From assembly GCA_963924815.1 (NCBI GenBank), contig CAWURO010000092.1, positions 1 through 57,888 of the forward strand: a DNA stretch of 57,888 bases. Direction: 5' to 3'. This DNA is from an uncultured Bacteroidia bacterium (GTDB lineage: Bacteria > Bacteroidota > Bacteroidia > NS11-12g > UBA9320). How positions within the stretch are numbered: position 1 is the first letter of the stretch; each line of letters opens with the position of its first letter. Under the pieces are notes generated by a model that worked only from the letters and a program-made list of their open reading frames with translations, searched no databases and was not told where the DNA came from. Of the stretch, positions 57,623-57,888 are shown piece after piece. The position numbers and the translations under genes are program-made.

Positions 57623-57888
57623 CTACCCCTCGTACTCACTCAGCACTAGCCATCGGTCACTCTTTGTAGTGATTTCTTGGAGTATTGTTCCCAATCGTTC
57701 GCTTGCTTTAGCAATGATGTCAAAATCTGAAGGATTATTCGCTAGTCGAGATTCTAATTGCTCTTTCTCGGTTTCTAAATCTTCCAATTCTTTTTCCAAG
57801 GTTTCCAATTCGTATTTTTCTTTAAAACTAAGTTTAAGCTTAGGCGCTTCAGTCTTGGCTTTTTCTAACACTAAGGGTGCCGCTTTAG
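57623..57888 (-). CDS. ABC-F family ATPase, C-terminal coiled-coil end (partial, continues beyond the window)
   Basis: The frame is open to the window edge; the 'M' in the ORF track is an internal GTG. The tail KLSFKEKYELETLEKELEDLETEKEQLESRL...RWLVLSE is typical of Uup/ABC-F C-termini. Confidence 0.7.
   Translation of the reverse strand, partial: KAAPLVLEKAKTEAPKLKLSFKEKYELETLEKELEDLETEKEQLESRLANNPSDFDIIAKASERLGTILQEITTKSDRWLVLSEYEG

Noticed and set aside
1-57888. I searched the whole window for CRISPR arrays, rRNA genes, IS elements or transposases, integrases, reverse transcriptases (retrons, DGRs), toxin-antitoxin pairs and known defence-system ATPases or nucleases.
   Set aside because: I saw no regularly spaced direct repeats, and no ORF in the track has transposase, integrase, reverse transcriptase or defence-type motifs. 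The only toxin-like gene is the lone Fic gene. The tRNA-Phe is not flanked by an island.

Overview
This 57.9-kb window looks like an ordinary chromosomal segment of a low-GC Bacteroidota genome, probably marine Flavobacteriia. The evidence for that placement is SusC/SusD genes, type IX secretion (T9SS) C-terminal sorting domains, lipoprotein signals, TAnnTTTG -7 promoter boxes and the absence of Shine-Dalgarno sequences. About 42 protein genes are densely packed on both strands, with one tRNA-Phe.

Most genes are housekeeping: uvrB, serS, a YebC-family regulator, lpdA, fumC, ridA, dxs, purL, maeB, tsaB, an acyl-CoA dehydrogenase and an RlmG/RsmC-like methyltransferase. Accessory content:
- a GH92 glycosidase next to a small beta-glucan (laminarin-type) polysaccharide utilisation locus (PUL): SusC, SusD, a PKD/CBM surface glycan-binding lipoprotein and GH16
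- four TonB-dependent or beta-barrel outer-membrane genes
- a membrane HdrD/DsrMK-like Fe-S oxidoreductase whose two subunit genes are separated by an outer-membrane barrel gene
- a Fic gene broken at an A8 homopolymer
- an oversized FucP-type MFS transporter

The best candidate for an undescribed system is a translationally coupled four-gene operon at about 48.36-56.99 kb. It encodes two large exported multidomain proteins with T9SS-type C-terminal domains, a lipoprotein and a SusD-less TonB-dependent transporter. None of the four contains a catalytic domain I can recognise.

I found no CRISPR array, rRNA, transposase, integrase, reverse transcriptase or recognisable phage or defence genes. 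All family assignments come from motif recognition by eye, because no searches could be run. My hand counts of homopolymer lengths may be off by one.
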